A stretch of 64,000 nt of DNA from an uncultured Gammaproteobacteria bacterium (GTDB lineage Bacteria > Patescibacteriota > Microgenomatia > UBA10105 > UBA927), in contig CAZQTD010000004.1 in the NCBI GenBank assembly GCA_964596355.1, positions 1,183 through 65,182 on the forward strand. The letters are read 5' to 3'. Made by a program: the position numbers and the translations under genes. The notes below the pieces were generated by a model. The model made no database searches, had not been told where the DNA came from, and was given only the letters and a program-made list of their open reading frames with translations. This document shows, piece after piece, positions 20,347-30,168 of this stretch. Every line of letters starts with the position of its first letter. Position 1 is the stretch's first letter.

Positions 20347-21086
20347 ACATAGTCGCGAGCGTGAAACGGTTTTTCATCAGCAACGATTGTTGTTTCCCCA
20401 TGCCCAGGGTAGAGCACAGTGTCACCATCAAACGAAAGTATCGTTTCAAGCGAAGCCATAAGATTATGCGTGTTGGAATAGTGAAAATCCGTTCTGCCCA
20501 CGCCGCCATTAGCAAATATTGTATCGCCGACAAACAGTGCGTTTTGCCCGCCCAGCACAAGACAGACGCTTCCCGGCGTATGACCCGGAGTATGCATCAC
20601 GGTTAACGAAATGCCTCCGTACAAAAGCACTTCCTGATCGACAATCGTCTTTGATATGCGCGGAGGCGGATCCGATACGCGTAATCCCAAAAAGCGTTCT
20701 GCCGACTCAACTAACCGCGCAACAAGAAACGCATCATCGCGGTGAATGAGAAACGGTATATCAAACGTACGCTGCAACTCAAATGCCGCCATGATATGAT
20801 CAAAATGGCCGTGTGTTGCCACAAGTACGACAGGCGTAAATCCCAAGAGACGCAGCTTATCAACAATAAATTGCGCGTCATCGCCCGGATCAATCACGAT
20901 CGCCTGACCTGTTTGTTTGTTCCCCACAAGATAGCAATTGGCAGCCATCTGTCCGACCGGAAGTTGTAAAATGGTTATAGACGTCATGCGTATCATATAA
21001 GCGATAATACCTGTTCGGCTTGGCGCCGCATAATTTTTGTTGGAAGGTTGATGATGTGCGCTGCTTTTTTCTCCGCATTGGGACAA
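20343..21086 (-). CDS. MBL-fold metallo-hydrolase
   Basis: 247 aa. HxHxDH motif (ATHGHFDHIMAA) and HTPGHTPGS. Confidence 0.8.
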   Translation of the reverse strand: MSQCGEKSSAHHQPSNKNYAAPSRTGIIAYMIRMTSITILQLPVGQMAANCYLVGNKQTGQAIVIDPGDDAQFIVDKLRLLGFTPVVLVATHGHFDHIMAAFELQRTFDIPFLIHRDDAFLVARLVESAERFLGLRVSDPPPRISKTIVDQEVLLYGGISLTVMHTPGHTPGSVCLVLGGQNALFVGDTIFANGGVGRTDFHYSNTHNLMASLETILSFDGDTVLYPGHGETTIVADEKPFHARDYV

Positions 21087-22201
21087 CTGCCTTCAACGTA
21101 TCCGACAGCCCGTTTATCCGTTCTCTCCGGATCAATGACACAATGGTACCAATTGCCGAAGAGAATCCCTTTTTTCTTAGCTTGCGCAACAACTCGCTTG
21201 GGATCACTAACGCATACTGGAAACCGAAGGTAAATTGCTCCATCTTCCTCTGCTGGCTTGCCGCCGCGGTATATTTTGGCAACTGTTTTTCTTATCTGAT
21301 TATATGATTCCAGTTTCCTCAACTGGTTGACAAGAAGTGCAGCGAGCGCATTGGGGTATTTCTTCGGAAACTCATCGGGCTTTTTGCCCTGTGTTTCTTC
21401 TGTGTAAACCGGTAGAGACAACAATTTAATGCGCTGTAAAAAAACCAGCATGACTTTGCCGATTCCAAGAGTATAGAGCGGAAGAATGATGGAAAATGCA
21501 ATCGGGTGGAGAAGCTGCTGCATAATCCAAAATACCGAGGGGTATGGAAGATCATTGTGATACTCCTTTAATCGGGAGGTGTGACTCTCAAGTTTCGATT
21601 GAATAATCGCCATTCCTCCAAAGACGCTCGAAATGACCTTGTCTCTGCCAAAGCTAAAAAATGCCGCGTCGCCGAATGTGCCAACGAGTTTGCCTCTATA
21701 TCTTGCACCAAGCGCGTGAGCGCAATCTTCAATAAGAATAAGATTGTGTCTGCGGACAAAACGAACGAGCGCCTCCATGTTTGCCGGCACGCCAAACGTG
21801 TGCTGAACGATAAGCGCTTTGGTCTTGCTTGATACTTTTTTGGCGGCGTCTATTGGATCCATATTGAGTGTTTCATCTATATCAACGTAAACAGGCGTCG
21901 CGCCCGCCCACAAAACGCTATTTGGGACAGCAACGCACGTAAAAGCCTGAATGAGAACTTCATCACCTCTGCCAATAGTAAATGCTTTGAGGATAGCCAA
22001 CAGTGCGCTTCTACCGCTGTTAAAAGAAACTGCTGTGGCGGTGTCAAACCGCTTGCGGAACCATGACTCAACGTGGCGAACATGTTTTCCCCTTTTCCAT
22101 TCCCACGGTTTGCCTAGTATGCCAAGTGCCGTTATAACGTCGTCTCCCGTGGTGTTGGGCGATAACGAAGCAGAGATAACAGTGCGAAAACTACCGATCA
22201 T
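20993..22201 (-). CDS. DegT/DnrJ/EryC1/StrS-family PLP-dependent sugar aminotransferase
   Basis: 402 aa. FSFGRDKVISS (PLP-lysine region) and overall AAT fold type I pattern. The 5' end overlaps the MBL gene. Confidence 0.75.
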   Translation of the reverse strand: MIGSFRTVISASLSPNTTGDDVITALGILGKPWEWKRGKHVRHVESWFRKRFDTATAVSFNSGRSALLAILKAFTIGRGDEVLIQAFTCVAVPNSVLWAGATPVYVDIDETLNMDPIDAAKKVSSKTKALIVQHTFGVPANMEALVRFVRRHNLILIEDCAHALGARYRGKLVGTFGDAAFFSFGRDKVISSVFGGMAIIQSKLESHTSRLKEYHNDLPYPSVFWIMQQLLHPIAFSIILPLYTLGIGKVMLVFLQRIKLLSLPVYTEETQGKKPDEFPKKYPNALAALLVNQLRKLESYNQIRKTVAKIYRGGKPAEEDGAIYLRFPVCVSDPKRVVAQAKKKGILFGNWYHCVIDPERTDKRAVGYVEGSCPNAEKKAAHIINLPTKIMRRQAEQVLSLI

Positions 22202-23661
22202 AATCGTCTCAACAGCATCAGTGCCGCCTCCGCTTCTTTTCCTTTAAATAATATGGTATCTCCTTTTCGAGCCGTCATGGTGACAAATCGCGCAGTTTCC
22301 TGCGGTGATAAAACGTACGCGCGCTTGTTTGCGTCAAAGCGCGCAACACCTTCCGCGAAATGTTCGTACCAGTTGGCATTGGTAAGAATAATGTCATCGC
22401 ATACCCGCGCTGCAAGTTCACCCACTTCTCTGTGGCTTGCCGGAGCAAAAGATCCAAGTTCAATCATCGGTTGAAACACGAGGATTTTTTTGCCTTTCAT
22501 GGTTGCCAGGTATCGGATCGCCGCCTTGGCCGCGTCTGGGTTGTTGTTGCACGTATCGTCAATAAGAAGCGCTCCGCCTTCCATGACCATCGGCGTCATG
22601 GTTTTGGGAAGAGGTTTAATCGTGCTGGCTGCCTGACATGCATCGGCAAAATCCATACCCGCGGCAACTGCCGCGGCAATAGCAGCGGTGATATTGCCTG
22701 CAAAGTGCTCACCGATAATTGGCACGGTGACTTTTTGAGATCTGCCGTTCCACGAAAGGGTAAATTTCACGGTTCCCCCCTTTTGGGTGATGTCGCGCGC
22801 ACGAAACGCCACTTTGCCCGATACTGTTTTGGCAACGGCGTAGGACCAAACATCGCATCCCTCTTTTGTTGACCACGCAGCAAGCTCCCTTGTATGCTTA
22901 TTGTCAACGGCAACAATCGCGATGCGCTTGCCTCTCAATCCGTGCAGGAGCTCATATTTTGCCCTTTTCGTGCGCTCCATGGATCCAAACAAATCCTGAT
23001 GCTGGGGATTAATGCCTGTCACGATGCCGATATCTGGACGCACCATATCGGTCATGCGCGCGATTTCACCGATCGTATATGCTCCCATTTCCACAATAAA
23101 CACCTGCGTTTCCGGCGTCATTTGACGAAGAACAACTTCAGCAATGCCAATGGGAGAGTTTTTACTTGCTTCTGTGGCAACGACACGAAATTGTTTAGAC
23201 AAAATACACGAAAGAAATTCTTTCGTTGACGTCTTACCAAAACTTCCGGTTATGCCGATAACACGCATCGGTGTATGACGTCGAAGTATCCTCACAGCTT
23301 TTCTAATGAGAATCTCGTGATAGAGGAATGTGGGCACAGATGTAAGAATGACGAAGAGCGCCGTCACGCCGAAAGACACCACATCGAGAACTGCGAGCTT
23401 AACCAGAGGATGGACGGGCAATGCGACGTACACAATGCCCAGAAGCGCAATCGACGCGACAGTCACACCGAACGTCTTGGGCGTTAACGGCGGGGTTTTC
23501 CATGGAATAAAAAGTATCTGCCTCCCTTGCGTCGTACCAAGATGAATCATCATTCTGTCTATCCTGTATTCTTTGATGCGCCATAGACGTACGTAGCTTA
23601 CGACATTTGCGACAATCCGCACCATCCAAAGAACAGAGAGGCTACGTATTAGTGGTGTCAT
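22198..23661 (-). CDS. murF: UDP-N-acetylmuramoyl-tripeptide--D-alanyl-D-alanine ligase with N-terminal membrane anchor
   Basis: 487 aa. P-loop IGITGSFGKTSTKEFL and Mur ligase middle and C-terminal domains. About 100 aa of N-terminal hydrophobic segments. Confidence 0.85.
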   Translation of the reverse strand: MTPLIRSLSVLWMVRIVANVVSYVRLWRIKEYRIDRMMIHLGTTQGRQILFIPWKTPPLTPKTFGVTVASIALLGIVYVALPVHPLVKLAVLDVVSFGVTALFVILTSVPTFLYHEILIRKAVRILRRHTPMRVIGITGSFGKTSTKEFLSCILSKQFRVVATEASKNSPIGIAEVVLRQMTPETQVFIVEMGAYTIGEIARMTDMVRPDIGIVTGINPQHQDLFGSMERTKRAKYELLHGLRGKRIAIVAVDNKHTRELAAWSTKEGCDVWSYAVAKTVSGKVAFRARDITQKGGTVKFTLSWNGRSQKVTVPIIGEHFAGNITAAIAAAVAAGMDFADACQAASTIKPLPKTMTPMVMEGGALLIDDTCNNNPDAAKAAIRYLATMKGKKILVFQPMIELGSFAPASHREVGELAARVCDDIILTNANWYEHFAEGVARFDANKRAYVLSPQETARFVTMTARKGDTILFKGKEAEAALMLLRRL

Positions 23662-24380
23662 ATAGACGAAATAAACGGCAAGACGTGCGAAACGAACGCC
23701 TTGGCATGCGTAAACGGAAATCCGTGACCAACATCAGGAACAGCTTGAAGCGATGCGTGGGGCATGACATCTTTCATCTTCTTCGCAATAGATACCGGTG
23801 TAATTGCGTCTCGTTCTCCCCATAGAAGAAGAGTCGGCGCGCGATTTTCTTTCATGCTAACAACAAGCTCTTCTTTCACAATGTTTTTGAACGTCTCACG
23901 CATCGTCCCCTGCGCGCGATAAAATTCTCGCGCGCCGACTATACAGTAATACCATCGTCTGATCGCATCGCGCATGAGGCTTAATGGATAAATTGAGCAT
24001 ATGACGTTGCCTATTTTGGCAATCCCGATAAAAATGACACGTTTGCTTCGCGCTACCGGCGTGAATCCCGGCGTTCCGGTGAGAATAAGCGCGCGTACGC
24101 CGTCTGGATGAAGCGCGGCGTATTTAAGCGCCACTCTTCCGCCAAATGAATGTCCAACGAGGATAGGACGCTGTATAGTCTTCTTGTGAATGTAGTCGTG
24201 AAGAAAATCGGCGTAATCCGCCAAGTGAAGCGGCCGCTTCGGCAGTGCCGATTTTCCAAACCCCGGCAAATCCGGCGCCCACGCAGAGTACCCTCGATTA
24301 TGAAACGCGCGAACAAGTGGAGCAAACGTCTGCCCGGACAAACCCCACCCATGAAGGATGATAATCGACGGCATGTTCAC
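23658..24380 (-). CDS. alpha/beta-fold hydrolase
   Basis: 240 aa. ILHGWGLSGQTF, nucleophile elbow GHSFGG and a C-terminal His region. Confidence 0.75.
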   Translation of the reverse strand: MNMPSIIILHGWGLSGQTFAPLVRAFHNRGYSAWAPDLPGFGKSALPKRPLHLADYADFLHDYIHKKTIQRPILVGHSFGGRVALKYAALHPDGVRALILTGTPGFTPVARSKRVIFIGIAKIGNVICSIYPLSLMRDAIRRWYYCIVGAREFYRAQGTMRETFKNIVKEELVVSMKENRAPTLLLWGERDAITPVSIAKKMKDVMPHASLQAVPDVGHGFPFTHAKAFVSHVLPFISSI

Positions 24381-25690
24381 AATTGTTTCTTAAATACATC
24401 TCTATCCGGAAGAACCGCACGAAGATTCTTTGACACAGAATACGTTCGCTTGTCCGTAACAAAACATTCATCCGCAATGTCCTGATGAATTGTAACGCCC
24501 GCGCCGATAAACGTCCGACTGCCGATTTTAACGCCGGGCATGATGCTCGCATTCACGCCGATGCGCACGTCACGACCGATAACCGCGCCGAGTTTATGTC
24601 GAAACGTCTCAACTGTTTGTTCATTCACGCGCGAAGTAATAGCTCCTTCATCCAGCCGCAGATTCGCCAACACTGATCCGGCGCCTAGGCTTACGTTTTT
24701 CTCTATGACGCTGTCGCCGATATAATTGGAGTGAAACCAGCAGTTATCGCCCACGTAACTTCTGGTTATATCTGTGCTAAATCCGGTAACGCACTGTTTC
24801 CCTATGTGGCTTGCCCGAATGAGATTGTTGTTGCCGATGATCGATCCCTCGCCGATGAAGCAGGGGCCAGTAATCTTCGTATGTTCCATGATGCGCACAT
24901 TATCTTCTATCACGACATCACCTTCGATTGTGACGCCATCACCAATGACGACGTTTTTACCTTTTCGATTTTTATAACCGTCAAGCAGCTGATCCATGCA
25001 CGGAAGCACGTCCCAAGGATATTTGAGTGTCGCATACGCGCCCTCATAGGGAACCATTTCAAAATCCTGATGTTTCATAAGCGCACTTAACGCTTTTTCG
25101 TACACATCATCGTGTTCGCTTTTTGTTAAAGCAATCTGCGCAAGCAATGTATCAGCATCTGCAATATAGTGACCGGTGATGGCAACGTAAGGACTGGGCT
25201 CTGTGCCGGGAGGGGGTTTTTCTATAATGCCGGATATGCGTGTCCCGCTGGTGACAAAGTATCCGCCATGAAATGCGTGCGGCGCTTTCCACCCGGGCAG
25301 CACGCCAAAAGCGCGGCTGGTGTTCGCTTTTGCTAGAATCTCGTCAAAAAGTGATCCATCAACCAAGTCGTCTGCGATGAAAATAAGCAAACGACTACCG
25401 TGAATTTCCTCTGCGGCGCTCAACAGCGCGTCTGCCATGCCGAGCGCATTTCGCTGAAGAACGGTCACTGCTCGCACTGGAAACGATATCTCCTTGATCG
25501 TCTCTCTGTTTTCCGCATTGGCAACGACCACAACTTTTGAAACTTCTCGAGGCAATGTGTGAACAACAGAGTGCGCAATAAAAGGAGTGCCGAAGAATGG
25601 AAAAAGAATTTTGTTGGTCGTAAGGGGCCAAAACCTGCGCCCCACGCCGCCTGCCAGAACAACGGCTACAAGATGTTTTTGAACCATCAT
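24377..25690 (-). CDS. GlmU-like bifunctional sugar-1-phosphate nucleotidyltransferase / hexapeptide-repeat acyltransferase
   Basis: 437 aa. N-terminal VVLAGGVGRRFWPLT nucleotidyltransferase fold plus a C-terminal left-handed beta-helix (repeated [LIV]G-x-x-x-x-I). Lies next to murA, which consumes UDP-GlcNAc. Confidence 0.6.
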   Translation of the reverse strand: MMVQKHLVAVVLAGGVGRRFWPLTTNKILFPFFGTPFIAHSVVHTLPREVSKVVVVANAENRETIKEISFPVRAVTVLQRNALGMADALLSAAEEIHGSRLLIFIADDLVDGSLFDEILAKANTSRAFGVLPGWKAPHAFHGGYFVTSGTRISGIIEKPPPGTEPSPYVAITGHYIADADTLLAQIALTKSEHDDVYEKALSALMKHQDFEMVPYEGAYATLKYPWDVLPCMDQLLDGYKNRKGKNVVIGDGVTIEGDVVIEDNVRIMEHTKITGPCFIGEGSIIGNNNLIRASHIGKQCVTGFSTDITRSYVGDNCWFHSNYIGDSVIEKNVSLGAGSVLANLRLDEGAITSRVNEQTVETFRHKLGAVIGRDVRIGVNASIMPGVKIGSRTFIGAGVTIHQDIADECFVTDKRTYSVSKNLRAVLPDRDVFKKQL

Positions 25691-27018
25691 TCCTCCTTTA
25701 CTCGCGTAATCATCGCCCCAAGACTGCGCAACCGTTCTTCTATTTTCTCATATCCTCTATCAACTTGCTCGGCGCCGGAAACGTAACTTTCTCCTTCAGC
25801 AACAATGGCTGCAAGTACCAGCGTTGCGCCTGCGCGCAAATCGTCAATAGAAAGCACTGCGTTGTGGAGCTTGGTGGGACCCGCGATGCGAATTCCTTGA
25901 TGGTATCCCTGCACGCGGTCGCTCCAGTTAAAGTTATAAAACTCTTCAGGATTATCCACCTGCGGATCAAAAAATTCTATCGCCGCACCCATTTTCCGCA
26001 GTTCAGATACGTATGAAAACCTTCGTTCAAATATCGTTTCGTGGATCGTCGACACGCCGTCAGCCTGTGTCATCAAAAGCGCCCACGGCGCCTGCCAATC
26101 AGTCATGAATCCCGGATGAGGTCCGGTAGTTATATCGGTCGCCTTAAACGCTGTCTCCCTGCGATATGCCGTGATGTCAGGACCCAATTCTTCATACACT
26201 CCTCCTGCTTTCGCAAATGCCGCAAGAAAAGAAGCCAAGTGCATACGCTGCGACGAGCGAATCACGATGTTGCCGCCAGTCACCGCTGCCGCGACGGCAA
26301 ATGTCACTTCTTCGTTTCGATCCGGCATCACAGAATACTCGGTCCCGTGGAGAAAACGAACACCCTCAACTGCGATTTCCCGAGGTCCTGTACGACGAAT
26401 GCGCGCGCCCATCTGATTAAGAAGCGAAATAAGCGCATCCACCTCTACTTCTGCTGCCGCGTTATGAATGATAGTTGTCTCTTCGGCAAGCGCAGCTGCG
26501 AGGAGAATCGTTTCTGTGCCAGTGTGGGTATTTTTGGGGAATGTAATTGTCGTTCCTCGAAGCTTGTCGGCTTTCGCATGAAAAAAACCGTCTTCGGAAT
26601 GGTACGATATATCCACGCCCATTTGCTTGAGGGCTTCCACAGATCGATCGATCGGGCGAGCGCCCAGCCTGCACCCTCCGGGATTAGGAATAATCGCTTT
26701 GTGGTACCGCGCAAGAAGCGGCCCCAATACCATCGCGCTCGTGCGAAGCCGAGAACCAGCTTCAAGAGGAACGTTGATATTAGATATATTCTTGTTTTTA
26801 ACTCGTACCGTGTTCCCGTCAAACTCATGCGTCACACCCAAATGCCCCAAAACTTCAAGCATCGAAGTGACGTCTTTGAGGATGGGGACGTTGTGAATAA
26901 TAAGCTCTTCATCGGTCAATAGACTTGCAACGAGGACCTTAAGAGCCACATTTTTTGCTCCCCTTACGGCGACCTCTCCTGCCAGCGGTGTGCCGCCGGT
27001 GATAATAAAACTATCCAT
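25687..27018 (-). CDS. murA: UDP-N-acetylglucosamine 1-carboxyvinyltransferase
   Basis: 443 aa. MDSFIITGGTPLAGEVAVRGAKNVALKVL is a canonical MurA/EPSP-synthase fold N-terminus. Confidence 0.9.
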   Translation of the reverse strand: MDSFIITGGTPLAGEVAVRGAKNVALKVLVASLLTDEELIIHNVPILKDVTSMLEVLGHLGVTHEFDGNTVRVKNKNISNINVPLEAGSRLRTSAMVLGPLLARYHKAIIPNPGGCRLGARPIDRSVEALKQMGVDISYHSEDGFFHAKADKLRGTTITFPKNTHTGTETILLAAALAEETTIIHNAAAEVEVDALISLLNQMGARIRRTGPREIAVEGVRFLHGTEYSVMPDRNEEVTFAVAAAVTGGNIVIRSSQRMHLASFLAAFAKAGGVYEELGPDITAYRRETAFKATDITTGPHPGFMTDWQAPWALLMTQADGVSTIHETIFERRFSYVSELRKMGAAIEFFDPQVDNPEEFYNFNWSDRVQGYHQGIRIAGPTKLHNAVLSIDDLRAGATLVLAAIVAEGESYVSGAEQVDRGYEKIEERLRSLGAMITRVKEE

Positions 27019-27024
27019 ACAACG

Positions 27025-28005
27025 CTAAAACTCTCCAACACGGACGATTTCTTCTACAAGTGTTACGCCGAATTGACGCTTTACTTGATCCTTGGCTCTT
27101 TCCAGTAATTCTACCACATCGCGAGCCGTCGCTTTACCGCGGTTGACGATGAAGTTAGCGTGAACGGGAGATATCTGGGCGTCACCGACTGCTGTTCCCT
27201 TAAGCCCGGCTTTATCGATTAGAAATCCCGCGGACGTCGTATAATCAGGAGTAGCAGCGCGTATTGCCTCTGGGAGCGAAATGTTACGAAACGCGCACCC
27301 CGCCGACAGTACCCCCTGGGGCTGGGTTTCCCGCCGATAGTGAATGCTTTCATTTGCTATCTGCCATAATCGTTCTTTAGAATCCGCTCGCAGCGCAAAT
27401 ACAACGCGCAAAACAATATCGCCGGAAGTCTGAATCGTACTCGTATCATAGCCAAACGTGAAGTACGATTGGGGCACCAATTTCCGCTCATTTGACGGTG
27501 TCAAAACCTCCGCTTGGTAGATTGCGTCTCCGACGTACCCCTCGGGGTGTGTCCATTTCGAATTCATGTACACGGCACCGCCGACAGAACCAGGAAGCCC
27601 CAGATGCATCTCAAGGCCGGCAAGCCCCTCATCGAGCGTGAAGCGAACGAGTCTATTCATGAGTACTCCGGAATCGGAAACAACGAACACCAAACGCTTC
27701 GAAGTTCCCCTTGCGACCTGGCCTTTTACCCCCTGAACGCTAATTGCCCGTGTGCTGTTTTTGATGACCAGTCCCCGCACGCCGTTGTCCCCGATAAGAA
27801 CGTTCGTCCCTCCGCCAAGGATAACAATCGGCGCCTTCGCTTTCCTTCCTTCCACTATAGCCTTGACAAGTTCTTCAACTGTCGTTGCCTCAAAAAAGTA
27901 ATCCGCCGGTCCGCCGATCTTATACGTCGTGTAGCGGGCAAGCGGCTCATGTTCTTTCAGCCTGCTGCCAAGCGCGCGTTGTAGTTGTGGATATCTTTTG
28001 TTCAT
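27025..28005 (-). CDS. murB: UDP-N-acetylenolpyruvoylglucosamine reductase
   Basis: 326 aa. FAD-binding GGPADYFFEATTVEEL...ILGGGTNVL and MurB C-terminal domain. Confidence 0.85.
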   Translation of the reverse strand: MNKRYPQLQRALGSRLKEHEPLARYTTYKIGGPADYFFEATTVEELVKAIVEGRKAKAPIVILGGGTNVLIGDNGVRGLVIKNSTRAISVQGVKGQVARGTSKRLVFVVSDSGVLMNRLVRFTLDEGLAGLEMHLGLPGSVGGAVYMNSKWTHPEGYVGDAIYQAEVLTPSNERKLVPQSYFTFGYDTSTIQTSGDIVLRVVFALRADSKERLWQIANESIHYRRETQPQGVLSAGCAFRNISLPEAIRAATPDYTTSAGFLIDKAGLKGTAVGDAQISPVHANFIVNRGKATARDVVELLERAKDQVKRQFGVTLVEEIVRVGEF

Positions 28006-29423
28006 TGATTCTCCTTCACAAACGTTCTACTCCATGCGTAAATATCGCCTGCGCCCATATAGATAATCACGTCTCCGGAACGCATAATTTTTCGAAGGTA
28101 TGAGGCAACATCCTCGTACGCTGGCGTATACAAAACATTCGAATGGTGCTTCTTCACTTCCATGGTAAGTGTTTTTCCGGTAATTCCCAGCGTGTCTGAT
28201 TCGCGCTTCGACGCATAAATATCAGTAAGGAGCACGATATTTGCTTCGCCGAATGCGAACGAAAACTCATTCATAAGTGCGTGCGTTCGCGAATACGTGT
28301 GTGGCTGAAATACAACGATCAGTCGGCTGTTGGGATACCATGCGCGCGCCGCCGTTGTTGTCGCGAGAATTTCTTTTGGGTGATGCGCGTAATCGTCGTA
28401 CACTGCTACTCCCCTAATTGTTCCAATTTTTTCAAACCGTCTCTTGGTGCCGCCAAATGCAGCAAGCCCCCTGCCAATGACTTCCCACGACAACCCTAAC
28501 GAAAAGCACCCGATTGCCGCGGCCGTCGCGTTTAACACATTATGCTTCCCCGGAATTTTCAGAAAAAACTCTGTCACAGCCATACCGGAGCGATCCAGTT
28601 GAAATACCGTGCGCTCGCGCCCAAACTCCACGCGTGAAATACGGTAATCTGCCTGCGATGATGTGCCGTACGTGATAACGGTATTGCCCTTGGAAGAACG
28701 AATTATGTGCTGACTTGCCGGATCATCGGCATTGACTATCGTAACACGGAGTCCCTTCTGTTGACGTACGAACGCGGCAAACGCCTTCTGGACGTCCTTG
28801 AGACTCCCATAGACGTCAGGGTGATCGTAGTCAACGTTAGTAACAACTGCAATCTCCGGTTTTTGCCACAAAAATCTTGGAGTAGCATCGTGCGTCGGAT
28901 CAGTGACATACTCGTCTGCTTCAGCGACAAACCACTGCCCGCTCCCATTGTGCCCGGGAAGTCCCAGACCTGAAATTTGTCCGCATCCGACGGCGTACGA
29001 CGGATCATGACCAGCGGTTTTCAGCATGGTTGCGATCATCGCAGTCGTTGTTGTCTTTCCGTGACAGCCGGCTACAGAAATCTGGCGTTTCCCAGCCATA
29101 GCCATTCCCAAAGCCTTGCCATGTGGCAAAACAGGAATGCCTTGAGCTATAGCTGTTTGAACTTCCGGATTATCCATTCCGCCGTGCGCGCCTGTGTAAA
29201 TAACAAGCTGCGGGTGTGCGTCCGTTATTCGCGCGGCATCAAATCCTGTTGACACGGAAATACCCGCGGTTGCCAAAACTTCGTCGCTGGGAAACTCCTC
29301 CTCAACGTCCGTTCCTGATACTACAAACCCCGCCTCCTTGCACCATACGGCAAGCGCCGCCATGGCGATACCTTTCATGCCGACAAAATGGATGCGGCGT
29401 ACAGATTTGCCAAATGCATTCAT
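28002..29423 (-). CDS. murC: UDP-N-acetylmuramate--L-alanine ligase
   Basis: IHFVGMKGIAMAALA N-terminus, P-loop GCHGKTTTTAMIA, Mur ligase C-terminal domain. Start at MNAFGK. Confidence 0.9.
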   Translation of the reverse strand: MNAFGKSVRRIHFVGMKGIAMAALAVWCKEAGFVVSGTDVEEEFPSDEVLATAGISVSTGFDAARITDAHPQLVIYTGAHGGMDNPEVQTAIAQGIPVLPHGKALGMAMAGKRQISVAGCHGKTTTTAMIATMLKTAGHDPSYAVGCGQISGLGLPGHNGSGQWFVAEADEYVTDPTHDATPRFLWQKPEIAVVTNVDYDHPDVYGSLKDVQKAFAAFVRQQKGLRVTIVNADDPASQHIIRSSKGNTVITYGTSSQADYRISRVEFGRERTVFQLDRSGMAVTEFFLKIPGKHNVLNATAAAIGCFSLGLSWEVIGRGLAAFGGTKRRFEKIGTIRGVAVYDDYAHHPKEILATTTAARAWYPNSRLIVVFQPHTYSRTHALMNEFSFAFGEANIVLLTDIYASKRESDTLGITGKTLTMEVKKHHSNVLYTPAYEDVASYLRKIMRSGDVIIYMGAGDIYAWSRTFVKENQ

Positions 29424-29430
29424 ACGTATT

Positions 29431-30168
29431 CTATGACGCAAACCCAATGATTCCCATTATTTTGCCAAAATGTTCCCGCGCGTCTTTGCGAAACGAAAAA
29501 AATGTCTCTGCCTGACACGATGTGCATTTAACCGGCGCATCAATGTGATCGTCAGGCACGCCAAGCGTTTTAAGCTGTACCAGCACAGCATATCCTAAAT
29601 CCAGATGCCATTTCTTGCCGATCTTCGCGGCAATCTTCGGATCGCGGCCAAAGACCTTCTGAAACGCCGCCGCGCGCTTTGCCGGCACATCATAACAGCA
29701 CATGCCGATATGCGGGCCAATCGACACATAGACATCACGCATTCGCCCGCCGTTGTCTTCCACTGAAGCCGCCACAGTCCTCAATATATTGTTAAGCGTT
29801 CCTTTCCATCCCGCGTGGACTGAAGCAATAATGTTGACCTTAGAATTCACAAGAAGGAGAGGAACGCAATCCGCGGCAAATACGGCGAGCACAGGGTTTG
29901 CTCCGTGGGTTTTTTTATACATAAGCCCATCGCAGTTTTTCACTTCACCGCGCTCGTTGCCGACAAGCTCAACAACTGTCGTTCCGTGAACTTGCTCTGG
30001 CCACACAAGCGAACCAACGTCAGCGCCTATCCGGCGAACGAATCCCTCTCTGGCACTTGTCAACCGCATATCTCCATCAGTTCGATCAGAATATCCATGG
30101 ACAATTCCGCCAATTACTGAAAGGAGTTTTGATTGATGCATATTATTGCTGCCTCCTGATCGCTCCAT
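29431..30168 (-). CDS. pgeF: YfiH/PgeF-family peptidoglycan editing factor (laccase-domain purine nucleoside enzyme)
   Basis: 245 aa. FAADCVPLLL...ASVHAGWKGT matches the DUF152/YfiH signature. Confidence 0.8.
   Translation of the reverse strand: MERSGGSNNMHQSKLLSVIGGIVHGYSDRTDGDMRLTSAREGFVRRIGADVGSLVWPEQVHGTTVVELVGNERGEVKNCDGLMYKKTHGANPVLAVFAADCVPLLLVNSKVNIIASVHAGWKGTLNNILRTVAASVEDNGGRMRDVYVSIGPHIGMCCYDVPAKRAAAFQKVFGRDPKIAAKIGKKWHLDLGYAVLVQLKTLGVPDDHIDAPVKCTSCQAETFFSFRKDAREHFGKIMGIIGFAS

Noticed and set aside
26041-26922. 293-aa plus-strand ORF antisense to murA. Similar long antisense ORFs occur at 11273-12031 (opposite ftsA), 44380-45024 (opposite a GT4), 49416-50108 and 10794-11276.
   Set aside because: Arg/Cys/His-rich low-complexity translations entirely inside well-supported minus-strand genes. 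These are typical shadow ORFs of GC-moderate coding DNA.
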